Below, in pieces: positions 1 through 14,406 of a stretch of 64,000 bases of DNA. The translations under genes were made by a program, and so were the position numbers. The notes under the pieces are model-generated. The model was not told the DNA's origin. It did not search any database and saw only the letters and a list, made by a program, of their open reading frames with translations. The DNA is taken from positions 147,126,001-147,190,000 of the forward strand of contig NC_042999.1 in the NCBI RefSeq assembly GCF_006345805.1, given 5' to 3'. Numbering within the stretch: the first letter of the stretch is position 1; the number at the start of each line of letters is the position of its first letter. The stretch is from Octopus sinensis. Taxonomy: Eukaryota.

Positions 1-726
1 GAGATGAAGCGCACCGCTAACAAAATGTTGATTTCGTCCGACGAGAAGATCTTCACCATGGAGGCAGTTACCAACCGACAGAATGACCGGATGTATGTAC
101 GTGATGCAGGAGACTTGCCCGAAGTTAGTAAGAATAATTTACGTCATCAGTAGCCAGCTTCAATCATGGTGCAGGCTGCATTTGCATTTGATGTGTCCAT
201 GTATGCCTTGATCTTCATAGATTCTAGCATCAAGATCAACGATGAAGTTTATGTGGAAATGTTCGATGAGAAAGTGTTGCCCTGGGTCACAGAATTATTT
301 AGCGAGCGTTACATCTTCACTCAAAACCGAGCTCCGACCCACACATCCAATTTGACACAGAGGTGGTGCAAAGAGTATTTCAATGGTGTCTGGGACAAGA
401 CGATATGGCCTCCCTCAAGTCCGGACATCAATCCTATGAACTTTGTTATCTGTTCCATCTTAGAGACTAATGCTCGCACCTATTTAAATGTGTCATATCT
501 TAAGAAAGCCCTTCTGTCTTCGTGGGTCAAATTGGATGAAGAGGTGGTATAGTGCTCATGCAACACAGTCACCACTCGTTGGAAGGCTATGATCAAGGGA
601 AAAGTAATTACTGCAATGGATTGACAATTTACATTTGAACGTGTGTACCAAATTCCATTATCCTACTGTAAGCTTCTTTTGAATAATTAAGAAATATGAG
701 TGGGTAAATCTTTCTGAGACACTCTG
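1..726 (+). mobile_element. Decayed Tc1/mariner (DD37D/maT-like) DNA transposon, 3' part
   Basis: Frame 1 reads SSDEKIFT..NRQNDR, a stop, then IFTQNRAPTH and WPPSSPDINPMNF (degenerate catalytic motifs). A candidate right TIR TTTCTGAGACACTCTG ends at about 726. Confidence 0.85.
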
Positions 727-1103
727 TGTATATGTGTATATCTGTGCGTAGATCTTTGTAGAATACAAACAAAGTATCTGTTATGGACTGTCTTTGAGAG
801 AACTCCGTAATAAAATATTGGCAACGTTATCTGTAGAAAAAGTTGATATATGATTTTAAAAATATACTCTACTCATCTAGAAACCGGTACCAGAGCAACT
901 CAAATACGTATATATTGCAAATAACAATAGCAACTCGTCTGTAAAGTTAGTGCAGCGATGAACGTTTTAGAGATGAAACTGTCAGTCATCACTAAACTTG
1001 CAACCTTTTGACTGTACATAAGATATACCCATTCGACAAGATATATTGAATCTTCTATTTCTCTGTAAAACTTGTTGGTAACGGCATTGAGTATTTTGTC
1101 TGC

Positions 1104-1191
<88 letters not shown>

Positions 1192-1265
1192 GAGGGAGAG
1201 AGAGATACGTATGTATGTTTGTAAGTGTGTATGTATGTATCTTTGTGTGTATGATTACATATATA

Positions 1266-1320
<55 letters not shown>

Positions 1321-1575
1321 TTATAACACTCGCACAAATAAACACACACGTCAATTGTGATGTGTTTTTTAAAAGTTATTATCGCAGTGAAGTGATTTCA
1401 GTCTGAATAATACTTTAAGAAGCTGTCTGAGAGTTCTACACATGTAAAACTTGAATCACCTGTTTAATATCATCATCACCATCGTCGTCGTTCTCATCGT
1501 CGTCATCACCATCTACCCCTTCCTTTTCATCCTCACCGTCATCATTATCATCTTCAACATCGTCGTCCTCATCAC

Positions 1576-1615
<40 letters not shown>

Positions 1616-1924
1616 TTTGTTGTTGATAGTAATTACATGTCATTTTTGTCTGGCGTTTTGATATATGTACTATATACTCTCAAATATTCAATGAATTTAT
1701 TTTGCTGAATATTGCTGAAATTCGCATATCACCTGCTCTGCGAATATGAAAAGGAAATCGCTTCTTTTGTTATTCACTTGTATTTACATATCTACATAGA
1801 ATACAATCTTAAAGTCTCTCTTATTTGTGTTATTGTTTTTGATTACGTTCATAAGTTTGAGCATCTTTATGAGAAAAAGCATTACCGATGAGCCTAACTC
1901 GTCTTTATTATATCTAATAATCCT

Positions 1925-2498
1925 TTCTATTTTAGGTACAAGGCCTGGAATTTGTGGAGTCAGGGACAGTCTATCACATTGTACCCAGTACTTAACTGGT
2001 ACTTAATTTATCAACCTCGAAATGATGAAAGGGAGAGTCGGCCTCGGTCGAATTTGAACTCACAACATAACGGAAATTGAAATACCTATTTCTTTACTAA
2101 CCACAAGAGGTTTAACACAGAGGGGACGAACAAGGACAGACAAACGGATTAAGTCGATTATATCGACCCCAGTTCGTAACTGGTACTTATTTAATCGACC
2201 CCGAAAGGATGAAAGGCAAAGTTGAAGTCGGCGGAATTTGAACTCAGAACGGAGCGGCAGACGAAATTCCTATTTCTTTACTAACCACAAAGGGCTAATT
2301 ACAGAGAGGACAAACAAGGACATACAAGCGGATTAAGCCGATCATATCGACCCCAGTGCGTAACTGGTACTTACTTAATCGACCCCGAAAGGATGAAAGG
2401 CAAAGTCGAGCTCGGCGGAATTTGAACTCAGAACGTAACGGCAGACGAAATACCGCTAAGCATCTCGTTCGGCGTGCTAACGATTCTGCCAGCTCGCC
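1925..2498 (-). mobile_element. tRNA-derived SINE (family A), head-to-tail array of about 3 units, 184-bp period
   Basis: Repeated ATCGACCCCGAAAGGATGAAAGGCAAAGTCG..GGAATTTGAACTCAGAAC (B box GAGTTCAAATTCC on minus). The junction CTATTTCTTTACT occurs at 2086 and 2270. Only the last unit has the 5' head. Confidence 0.85.
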
Positions 2499-2554
2499 GT
2501 AACAAAGGCAGTAATAAAGGCAGCGAGCCGACAGAATCGATAGACGCCGGACAA

Positions 2555-2700
2555 AACGCTTAGCGGCATTTCGTCCGGCTTTACATTCTGAGTTCGAATT
2601 CCACCAAGGATGCATTTGCTCTCATCCTTTCGGGGTGGGTAAATAAGTTCAGCATAAGCACTGGGGTGAATGTAATAGACTTACATCCTCCCTTGAACTT
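2555..2700 (+). mobile_element. Degenerate family A SINE, opposite orientation to the adjacent array
   Basis: GCTTAGCGGCATTTCGTCC..CTGAGTTCGAATTCCACC..CATCCTTTCGGGG matches the family A body. Confidence 0.7.
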
Positions 2701-4094
2701 ACCGTTTACCAAGATTTGAAACAATTATATCTATTACCGCATTCTGCGTATTATTTCATTTATTAAGGAAGCATCTTGTGATTATATGAGATTTCGCTGG
2801 AATGGCTAAAATACTGAGGAGCCGGATTTGTTTATTTATTTTCATATTTGACTTATACATCTATATTAAACTAAATAAGTCACTTGATTTAAGGCTATCT
2901 TTTGGAATCTAATTTGCACAAAGTTTTAAACCAGTTCTTTCATCAGAAGATAACCCACGTGCTATGATTACGACCATCTTTCTCCTTCTGTGTTCATAAT
3001 CCTAAAATCATAGCCGCTCCTGCTCATTCTCTGAACAAACTACAATACTGAAGGTATGTGTTGCGGAATATAATTTTACTTTTTCAGAAAAATGTAATCG
3101 TTTGAGATGAAAAATCGGTAGACTCCAAATGGATAAAAGCATTGTCAACCAAGATTTTAAAAAATGATTGTACACAAGACAGAACAAGTAACACTAGTAA
3201 ACTAAAATACCATTAAGATAAGAATAAACAAATTATCGGGAAATAGAAATATTCTATGATATTATTCTTGTAGTCATGATATTTGCTCGTAAGTTACTCT
3301 GAACAATGGAAAATAATCGAAGACATTCAAACTCTTTAACAGAGTGAAATACGTAGGAGTTTTAAGCTTTCAACAACCTCGGCTAGAGAAACAATATGAT
3401 TACCTAAACGAAATAATTAAAATAAGGACAAAATGTTTTGGAGATCTATGAATTTATACTTCAAAATAATTACAAGAACATCTATAAAATGTAAAATATA
3501 ATATTCAGAGGTCCCGTTAATTTTTTAAATAGATTCATTATTTTCACACGCAAGAATGGAGCGTTTGAATTATTAAACTTTTAGATTTGTGTTTCAAAAT
3601 ATACCAATTTTAATGTGTAACCGAATATAATATCTACGTCCATTAGGGATGTTCTCATCACTACATCATTAAGTGCGATGATGTCTATGTTTCGCTGAAG
3701 AGGTTTGATACTATTAAAACATATTCAGAGTTGTCTTCTGTACTAGCATGTGTTTAATGTTAGTCATTCAATTAAGGGTCTCTTTTCCTCATGGCGCGAA
3801 TATCGCTAACTTGAAACCTCTCAACGCTATAATACCTATTGATTTTCATGTGAAAGGCGTCTCTACGAATTAACCAAAATGAATTACTGTTTGCTTTATT
3901 CAATAAGAAGCAATTATTATCAAGATCTAGTTGCTGCTTAAACCTTTACCAATTTTTATCTACCAGACATATGTTACTTTGTTTATCAGCTGCTTCACTA
4001 TTTGTGATTTACAATTTTATTTCTCTAGATACACTATGTATACCAAGGGGAGGCGCACGAATACTCGAAACTTATTTCATTAGCGTCGTTGTGA

Positions 4095-4133
4095 TCTTCT
4101 TCTTCTTCTTCTTCTTCTTCTTCTCTTCTTCTT

Positions 4134-4224
<91 letters not shown>

Positions 4225-4300
4225 TATTATTATTATTCCCCTTCTTCTTCTTCTTCTTCTTCTTCTTCTTCTTCTTCTTCTTCTTCTCCTTTTCCTTCTT
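4095..4300. repeat. Compound trinucleotide microsatellite (TTC)n-(TTA)n-(TTC)n
   Basis: Read directly; explains the poly-F/S/Y/I/L ORFs at 3971-4366. Confidence 0.95.
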
Positions 4301-4610
4301 TACCTCCAACACCTTTTGTTTTAGACTATAGACTATACGATAAGCGATAAAACGTTCGCTTTGCAATCATGTGACTGAGTCCCACTGTGCAGCACCTTGA
4401 GCAAGTGTTGACGTCTCTAACCTCGGATCAAAATGACATGTGGGTGCATTTTGGAGATGGAAACTGGCCAGATTGGAGCAATCTCGAGTATAACCAGCCG
4501 AAATTGCAAAGATAATCTGGAACTCGACTGAGGAACGTAAACTCCTAAAAACCGGACATTGTTTTCTTTGTATCGTCTATCTGGATGTTTTGTTGTCTTT
4601 ATCATGATAA

Positions 4611-4775
4611 GAGTGGCTGTGTGGTAAGTAGCTTGCTTACGAACTACATTGTTCCGGGTTCAGTCCCACTGTGTGGCACCTTGGGCAAGTGTCTTCTACT
4701 ATAGCCTCGGGCCAACCAAATCCCTATAAGTGGATTTGGTAGACGAAAACTGAAAGAAGCTCGTCATATATATGC

Positions 4776-4860
<85 letters not shown>

Positions 4861-5062
4861 TTGTGTGTCTGTCTTTGTCCCCCCAACATCGCTTGACAAC
4901 CGATGCTGGTGTGTTTACGTCCCCGTAACTTAGCGGTTCGGCAAAAGATACCGATAGAATAAGTACTAGGCTTACAAAGAATAAGTCCTGTAGTTGATTT
5001 GCTCGACTAAACGCAGGGCTCCAGCATGGCTGCAGTCACATGACCGAAAGAAGTAAAAGAGT
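4611..5062 (+). mobile_element. SINE family B with internal (TG)n tract
   Basis: tRNA-like head GAGTGGCTGTGTGGTAAG..GGTTCAGTCCC, then CACCTTGGGCAAGTGTCTTC (CORE-like), (TG)n, and tail ..GCTCCAGCATGGCTGCAGTC. Related copies at 46375-46790, 53881-54410 and 63800-64000. Confidence 0.85.
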
Positions 5063-8000
5063 ATTGCCATTAGCATCAACATTACCCTATGCATAAAAGC
5101 GTTGACTTCGAAATACACAAAATCCTAGACAAAATACGTAATGTAATTCCACATGCCTTTCTGTACTTACAACTATTTAGCACTGAGACCTTTCATCTTC
5201 TTCCATTCAATATAATAAGTACCAACACTGTATTACAGTCGGTATAAATAGCTGTTCCTTCTTATAATGTGTCGTCTTGCTACGCTTGACACCATATACT
5301 TTTATTATTATGTAAGACAGGCAATGGATTGTGGTGAAACTGGAGAACGTCGGACTAATTGCCTAACACTATTTACTTTCATTCTTCTCCGTAATAAATT
5401 TGCTTTAGATCGATATTGTAAGTTCCCTCTTGTACTGATGTGTATTAGATCGATCGACTGTACGCTTTATGCTATAATTTATTGCTCACATGCTGTTGTG
5501 AGAATTCAGTATTTTATGTTTTGGCGTTACTTAATATAAAAGCATCACTAGTTATTTCAGACTTTGTCAAGAATGCATAAAGAAACTTTAATAATTTTAA
5601 GAATGGTATTTTCCAACGTAAGTATATAACAAAATATATTACACATAAAAGATCAACCAAATAAATAATACAGAAGAATAAGGGAATAGAAAATAAAAAC
5701 AAAATATACAAAAAGTATGTCAGCCTATAGGAAAATAAATACTTGAATGAGTTTCAGTTTATTGCATGCAACTCATAACGCAATATTTTAATATCATACC
5801 AATATTCCAAGCAAATTATACACAGAAGAAATAAGAATCGTGCAAATGAAGTGATTTGTCAAATGTGTGCAAACATATTTATTAATACTTCAATGGTTAA
5901 TTTTTCAAAGGAAAATTAATAATAAACACATTTTAAGAGAAAATTTGGTATGGATATTCTGCCAATGGTTTTCCTGTTGATTAAATATTACAAGCAGGAG
6001 GCATTGATCTAATTCAAACAACTCACATGTTTGTGTAAGTTTAATAACATTGGTTCAAAAATATTATTATGTGAAATTAAGCCAGTGGAGTCGTAGATTC
6101 GATAGAGTGCTAAACGTCATATTTTCGCTTTGTGTGCTTTCTCTAGACGCGACTTATAATTTTCTTCTACCGAAAACAGGAAAATAATAACCAAGCATGC
6201 GATAACATTTATGTATCCGATCATGTACCCTCCCAAGAATTTTGAGACATTGTAACACCAATGCCGGGAGTCCTTATTTTTACGTAATTATCTGTATTAG
6301 AGTCTAGGAAGCTTCGGTCTTAATCTATTTATAAATTTACATTCATCCCTGTGTTCTGTTTTCAAGTCACGCCTCGATCAGCTTTTCATTTCGTATGCTT
6401 GGTAGCATTACACTCAATGGTATCACTACTTTGCAAATAGTAGCAACATTTGCGCCTATAATCTTGGATTATACCTTAATTCTAATTCTGTTCGCCGCTA
6501 AAAAAGGGTAATCGTCATATTGTTTTGATGGCTAGAACTCAGCAGATTAATAGTGTTGATGTGTAACTTGAAGATTTCCTAAGTTCCCGATTGTATGAAA
6601 AAACAAATGTAGGAAGTAAGAATTAAACAGAAATGGTCAGTCGGCACCTGAGGGGATAAGAAAAAGTATTCATGCCGCGATGCGTGAGAAAGATGGGCCT
6701 CGACTAAAATAGTATGTAATGAAGCGAAATAGTCATGGAGTGTATTTTATAGAGAGTTGATTAATATGGATCTGGATGGAGGTAGTACTCTGCAAGCTAT
6801 CATAGAAGAGCGCATGTTATAATAGTAAACACGAAGACGAATGCGATTATAAAGGGTTGTTGAGTGACTCTGCACTATTCTGTCGGACAGACTTCGTTTG
6901 AAATGTTCTAGGATATTTGTGTGAGTAAAATGACATATGTTTCTCTTATCATTACTTCGGTTCTGTTTTTTGGAAATTTGAAGTTTAAACTTAATGAGAA
7001 TATGTCTGCTTTATACAAATACAATTTTTATGGTTGAGCAAGCAATTCCAGAGAGGTATCATCTCATTAGCCGACCTCGAAAGAATAATGACCTTGCAAA
7101 TTGCTTTAGTTGTAATACGAGTTGTTACAGACAACCTTATGAAATATTTTTGCTCTTCTATTTGTGACTCACCTGAACACCGAGGATGTGACAGCAGGAA
7201 GAAGAAAGCGCTGCATCGACATTAATCTAGTCATTAGTGCCTTCTTCAAGAGCACAACACTCGTCGCCAGGCCTCAGAAACAAACCTACAACATTTTGGT
7301 CGTGAATCCAATATGTTTACCACTAGGCCACACACTTTTACGCATGTGCCTTCCTTCTACACAATGATTGGTTTGCCAAACCACTTACCCTCAAGTGTTT
7401 TATATCATTATCTCTAACCATTCAGTAAAATGCGGACATAATGCAGAATGCATTAGTGACGGTGCAACCGTTTCTGTTCTGTAGGGAATTTATGGCGGAT
7501 TTGTGCCCACATTAGAGAGCGAAGGCGAGTGGCTTACTGGTGTTATTTTTTATTATATGTGCTTTAAACAGTGACGTAAAATCTTCAGGACCTTTATTAT
7601 CAGCTCCTAATTTCCATTACATCACATCTCAGTGATTTTATCTTCCAACTAAAAGTGAAATTATTAAATTTGATTTACACTCTGATATCAAGAATTTACA
7701 GAGAACTATCTATACAACTACTTAGGAGAAATTGACAATGGTAATACGCAACAATGAAACGTGAATAATTTTAAATGTTGCTGAAGAATAAGAATTGTAC
7801 TTTAAAAAAAACTAACCTTAACACTAAAGATATGGTAATAGATACACATACAAAATAACCCTTCAAGAGATATAAAACATCTTCAAGAAAGTCAATGTGT
7901 AAAGTAAACAAAACAAAAACTAGGAAGCTCTTAAAATTCTAAAACCACTAACGCAAATCTGATGGAGATATATTTTTAAATGGGAATAAGAAAGATACGG

Positions 8001-8411
8001 AGGATTGAAAGTAAAACTGAAGATACAATTAAGCCGTTAAGAATGGTGCAAAATATATACGTGCAGAAATTGAAAGAACGCCATTCAGAGCTAACAATAC
8101 TATACACAGATCGAAAATAGCTCTACTAGATCCAAAAAATAACGACGCCACATTTTTATTTTGTTAATTATGCACTCAACACAAACTCTATTCGATGAAA
8201 AACTAATAATGTAACACAGGCCTCATTATACATACTCCACGCACCAATCAGCAAATAAAATAACAAAATACATACAATTGCAAAGCTATACTCGAAACTA
8301 TAACACATCTCATATTTTATAGTTTTACTCAAATAATATAACACAAGAACAACCTATTCAACCCAAGCAGAATTAATTGTGTTCAAATCATTTAGCACTA
8401 TAAAAAGCACG

Positions 8412-8449
<38 letters not shown>

Positions 8450-8964
8450 ACACACACATACACACACACACAAACACACACACACGCACACACACACACG
8501 CACACACACACACACGCACACACATCACACACACACACGCACAAATTTAGTAACACACACCCATGTATATAAAGGAGGAATTTCAACCGTGTTTCGCGGT
8601 CTGCTACAACATCTCCTTTATAGGATCCAGTTAGCTGAAGACATCTACAGGAGGAACCACGTCCGGTTTCGGCCCCTACTCCTCTACCGTTTTGACGTGA
8701 CGCCCCTCCCCTTTTCTGAGGTGTCTTCAGCTCTAAATGCTTACATACATATACAGATACATTTGTATATATGAGTTATTCATTGGGGGTTATCCAAACT
8801 TATTGTGTTAAAATGCGCCATCTCCTTAGTTTTTCTGCAGTTTGGTGTGAATTAAAACTTTTCCACCGCTTGCTTTGTTTTTTATATGTTTTATTTTTTG
8901 TTTTTTCGTGACTTCAATAAATTTCCTTTGTGGGGAAATATACTCTTTTGTCAACAGTAACATG

Positions 8965-9140
8965 CGTGGAGGCGCAAAGGCCCAGTCGTAAGAAAGCGGT
9001 TTCTATTCCCAGACCGGGCATTGGGAGTGTTTATCGAGCAAAAACACCTAAGCTCCACGAGACTCCAGCGGGAGGGGGTGGTGAACCCCGCTGTACTCTT
9101 TCACCACAACTTTCTCTCGCTCTTTCTTCCTACTTCTACC
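8965..9140 (+). mobile_element. Third SINE-like family, tRNA-like head
   Basis: GTGGAGGCGCAAAGGCCCAGT..GGTTTCTATTCCCAGACCGGGC resembles degenerate A and B boxes. Family recognised from memory only. Confidence 0.5.
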
Positions 9141-9974
9141 ACAAAGAAGAGGTACCATGGTGTAACCACACTATGGTGTGGTAAACTTTCAGATCCTAGT
9201 CTAGATTGCGAATCCGCTGTACCCCAGGATTGTTCAGCTCTCCACCCGTTAAAAGCCACCGTTTATGGAATGAGGATAACAACGTAGCTTCGCGCCCGTG
9301 CAACCGCCACTCAATCGCGTGTGGTGGGTGGTTCTTCAGGTTGCCACACGCATTCTTAGTAGCTTAGAGTAGGCTCGAATTAGAGAATATTCTTTGTGGC
9401 TAATAGCGTGAGTCCTGATTGGAAGAAGAAGACAGCAACATACCTCACAACCCATATCTAAATAAATAAAACATTTTATTTTATATGTTAGTAAAGCATT
9501 TGTTAATGGAACTCTTGGCATCAACATCGTACATGTATGTAATGTTAACGGTATTATTGTTGACGAAACTTTTCTTTATATTACAAAGGCAGCTTATTAG
9601 TATGGTAATTTGCACTTCTTTTTTCTTTTAAATTTATGATTGTTTCATTTGCAAGTTTTGGTCTGTTTATCATCGCTTTATTTTGCGTCTATCCTTTTAA
9701 TTTCGCTTTCGTGTATTCGAAAATTATTTCCTCTTATTCTTTTCAGCAGAACATCCAATAACAGATCCTATTTTGTTAATTTTTCTCTCCAGCTTCTCCC
9801 TGCATGCATTGTAAACACCAAAGAAATGAATCGAGGAAATATCTCTATACTACACACCATATATTTTCTCCACTATTGCCATACATATCTAAAATATTTG
9901 AACTCCTTTATTTGGAAAGTTTTGAAATTGAGGAATTTACTCAAATATTATTTCAAGTTACCGCAAGCGACATC

Positions 9975-10500
9975 TGATATTTATTATTATTTTTGTTATT
10001 GTTTTTATTTTTGTTGTTCTTGCTGTTGTTCTTAATTTTTGTTGTTGCTGTTATTATTATTATTGTTGTTGTTATTGCCGTTGTTATTGTTGTTATCGTT
10101 ATTGTTATCATTATTGTTATTGTTATTAGTATTGTTGTTGTTGTTAATGTTGTTGTTGTTGTTATTATTATTGTTCTTGTTACTATTATTGTTATTATTA
10201 TTTTTGTTGTTATTCTTATTTCTGTTGTTATTATTATTATTATTGTTGTTGTTGTTATTATTATTGTTGTTATTGATATTGTTGTTATCGTTATTGTTAT
10301 CCTTATTGTTGTTGTAGTTATTATTATCGTTGTTGTTATTGTTGTTATTATTGTTATTATTATAGTTGTTGTTGTTGTAATCGCTGTTGTTACAATTATT
10401 GTTGTTATTCTTATTGTTGTTTTTATTGTTGTTGATATTATTACTGTTATTATTGTTGTTGTTGCTGCTGCTGATGTAGTCGTCGTCGTCGTCGTCATCA
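9975..10500. repeat. Long cryptic trinucleotide array (mixed GTT/ATT/GTC)
   Basis: About 530 bp of in-register triplets; explains the poly-I/V/T/N/L ORFs. Confidence 0.95.
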
Positions 10501-10529
10501 TCACTATATTTTGGCAGACTTCTCATTAT

Positions 10530-11850
10530 GATAATCGTAATGAGAAGCCTGCCAGCCGGAAAGAAGTTAAAGCATAAAACGACGAAAGAAATTTACAATG
10601 CTACAGGATGTATTCGAATTCTCTCCGAAAGTGAAATAACCTACCTAATTATGTAGTTGTAGCAAAGGAATATGTCTCGAAGTCTGGTAAACTGATAACT
10701 AACAGGCAAATATCTTACCAGAAAAACGTTTGAAGATAGCACCAGGTGCGTGAGATGCGAAGGAAGTTAACTACAGCTCCTTAAAGAAGGTACACTAAGT
10801 ATTATCAAAATACTAGAAAGAATCAATTAAAACACTAAAAATAATTCCAAACAATAGGAAAAACCGAATGAGAAAAGTTGTAATTGAATAACAGACGCAA
10901 ATAGTGAAGTCAAAGTTAGTTTACATAAAAAACTATTTGAAAATAGAATAGATTAGTTTTGGGAGAACAGGTTTGTCAAATAATCAGATTAAATCGTTTG
11001 AAATGTGAGAAAAGCATAGAAACAAAAGGATGAAGTACCAAATGCAGGAAAGAAAAAAAACAGCAGGTTTAGGAGTTATATACGGAGCAATGAGGAGACG
11101 GGGGTGATTTCAAGGAGCTGGAAACTAATCAAAACGAGAAATCTGCGACTCATATAGTAATTTTAGTAATCGTTTAGGACTTCATTGAAAAACAAGCAGT
11201 AAGAGTACCTAATTAGAAATTGCCGATCAGACGGATTACAAGTGTCCTGAGTTAAGAACGGAATTTGGTATTTCAAGTTTTGGAATATTTGAGACGAGCA
11301 TGAGTATATATTATGTACGTAAGTGCTTAAATCTACCAAACAAGAAATTACGAGGCTTCGATACAGATGTTTCAGAAATTCTCGGAAGCTGACCGTTTGA
11401 AAGAAAGAACAGTGAAAGATAAAGTTAGGTGAAATATTTCCAAGATTTAGGAATTTAACAAAATACTAACTCACCTCCGTAAACACAAGCGCTGTATCCA
11501 TCACCAGATAGAATAATTAAGGAAAGCAGACGATCATGCAAACGTAGATATGAAAATAAGGAGACTGGTGACAATCGAATGGGCCTTATGCACTCAGATG
11601 ATAAGAGGTTTTATTTCAAGAGAAAGGATGGGAAAAGAAGATTGATAAGCATAGAAATCTGCGTAGAAGTGGATGCTGAAAACTGAGAGTAGCATGTTAC
11701 TGACAGTAATGAAATTTTTCATAGCTGTAAGAAATCAAAAAGCATGAGGTTCTTGGAGCTAGAAACAACGACATGCAAAGAAAACTTTACTTGGAACATT
11801 GGATTTTTTAAATGGTAGAAAAATATCTTTATCAGACGACTTTTCAATAG
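10530..11850 (+). mobile_element. Highly decayed R4/Dong-like LINE fragment
   Basis: Near 11610-11670 the sequence approximates RLYISRKDG.RRLISIEICVE (RT C-terminal motif). Many stops and frameshifts. Abuts a TTA/GTT array. Confidence 0.55.
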
Positions 11851-13298
11851 CTAAAGAAGAGTTTAAGTATTGAGATCATGAATTTGATATTAGTTACGCA
11901 GAATCAAACTTTCAGAACAAGGTATATCAGAAGGATGCATCCAGTAGAAAGTTTTGTATGAAATATTCTGCAGTTTATATTGATGAGTTCACCAGAAAAT
12001 TCAGTCGTTGACAAAAAGTATACGAAGCATTCTCTTACTGTAGAATTGTTAGATTTCAAGAGGCTTAAGACATGGAAGCTAAAATTTATCTGGATTATAA
12101 AGTTTATTACTTTACACTTCTTCTCGACCACTAGATCAATTAGGATTAAGAACCACAAATGAAACCTCGTTATTGATCATTAACGTAGATTAATTATCCC
12201 AGTAAACTCTGACTTACGCTAACGATAATCGTTTTTATTGCTTCTTACAAATTATTAAGAGGAATGTATTTAGCTTAGAAAATATGATGTCTCTTTCTCA
12301 TTGTTGGTGTGTGTTCGAAATTTGTTTAATATTTCTCGTAGTTCGAAGAGATATTTATAAGGATGAAGGACTCGAAATGTCGTGAAATATTCAAAAGAGG
12401 AGCTACATATATTTACAGACAGACTTAATAAAATTATCCATTAAAATAGGCTTCATAACAATATGGGCATTAATCAAAATGTAGATACATTTTAGACATC
12501 GGGACGAATATTGATACGAATAAGATTAGACCGTACAATAAAATGAATGAAAATTTATTTCCATCCGATTAAAGTTTTCCATAAACTATTCTCTAATCTC
12601 CGTTGGTACGAACCATTTTTATCTGCTAATGAAGGGAACTTTCATATGCGTCTCTTATTACTAAAACGCTGTCTTCTCCCTGACACAACAAATTCTCCGA
12701 TAAGATATTGAAATTAGGAACCTTGGAAACAGGTACCTTAAACTTATGCTGTATAAAGTTTGAAGATCATTTTAATGAAGCAATTACTCTGCTTGAATCC
12801 CAATTCTTAGTTCCAGCAGCAGGTGAGTAGAATATAGCTCTCTTCATGTGATTGCTTCACAAGTTATTAGTTTATTGCACAAAGGTTTATTTCAGTGACA
12901 TCGCTTGACAGTAATATTATTCGATGGAGAGGTAAACAAATACAAATATAGAAGTATAAAATCGTATCTTTCCTACGCAAATTTATATTGTTAAGATATT
13001 TTGTTTACAATGTACATACAAATTCAGTATACACTTTTAACAGTTTTAGTCCGCCATGCTGAGAAAACACATTAAAAATCTTATAAAAAGTTCTACAGAG
13101 ATTAAAATTCGGTATGCTACATGGAGAATCCAGGTTGGTACACATTTCACTATAGAACTTGTACAAGCAAACGTGATTAAATTATGTGCATGTGCATATG
13201 TATATTGTGTGTATGTGTGCGTACATGTATGTATATATATATATATATATATATACATATATATATGTATGCATGTATGTATATATATATATATATTA

Positions 13299-13365
<67 letters not shown>

Positions 13366-13479
13366 CTTACATATATATGTATATATATATAAGTATATAT
13401 GTACATATGTAGATATATATGCATATATGTAAATATTTATATGTATATATATATGTATATACATACATATATATATATA

Positions 13480-14285
13480 CTAGCAGCATAGCCCGGCGTT
13501 GCCCGGGTATGTAAGAGCCCCTAGTAGGCAACGACTAATTCCAATCTAGTCCTTTCCCTCTAGGGAAGGAAGGCGCATGTGTAAGTTGCAATGTCTTCTT
13601 TTCACTCCCAAATAACTATCAAACAGCTATCGATAATCCAACCCAACCAATTGCTACCAGGAAGAAATTACATTCGAGACTTTACCCCCAACACCGCCAC
13701 TTCTGCTAATAGCTACTGCAGCCGCAAGTTATTCGAATACTTTTTTTGTTTACACTTTCTTTATAACTACCACCCCAAACGTTTTACCTTAAATTTTTGA
13801 CGTACCCCAAGGGTCCTCGGATGCTACTTGCAAACTCTTGGTTTATTATAAACCGCTTTTGTCGTGTGCATCAAAAAACCTTTTCCATTCGTTTGTTCAG
13901 TTTATTCACTTTTGACATTTTCGTTGTTGTCACTCACATTGCTGCCCGCTTTTTTGCCGTTTTTGTATATTTTTATACATTTTGGGATACTTACCCCACG
14001 TGTTCCGGAGTTAAAAAGGTCGAGTTGCGTCCCCTAGACAGTCTGTAGAAAATGTGTTGCATATAAAAAGCTTAGATTCTCGACCCATGTCGAATTTATC
14101 GATTTTTTTTCAGAAATGGGGGAACTTTTCAAAATTTTCCCTGCGTTAGTTTTGAATTATGACATTGGGCTATGTGTGTGTCAAGTTTCATCAGAATCGG
14201 TTGAAAGCCGTGGTCAGGGTGAGGGTACAACCTGACAGACACACAGACACACAGACAGACAAACTGCCGTTTATATATAGAGAGA
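13480..14285 (-). mobile_element. Non-autonomous Helitron (Lep1-like architecture), apparently complete, 806 bp
   Basis: Minus strand starts A|TCTCTCTATATATAAAC followed by (CTGT)-type repeats, and ends CCCGGGCAACGCCGGG hairpin..CTAG|T. Inserted between A and T with no TSD. Confidence 0.8.
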
Positions 14286-14357
14286 TATACACACATATAT
14301 ATACACACACATACACACATACAAACACACACACACAGACACACACACACACACACA

Positions 14358-14406
<49 letters not shown>

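Noticed and set aside
12685-12830. Open frame ending at a CAG|GTGAGT donor
   Set aside because: No clear acceptor and no recognisable protein; such sites occur by chance in 64 kb.
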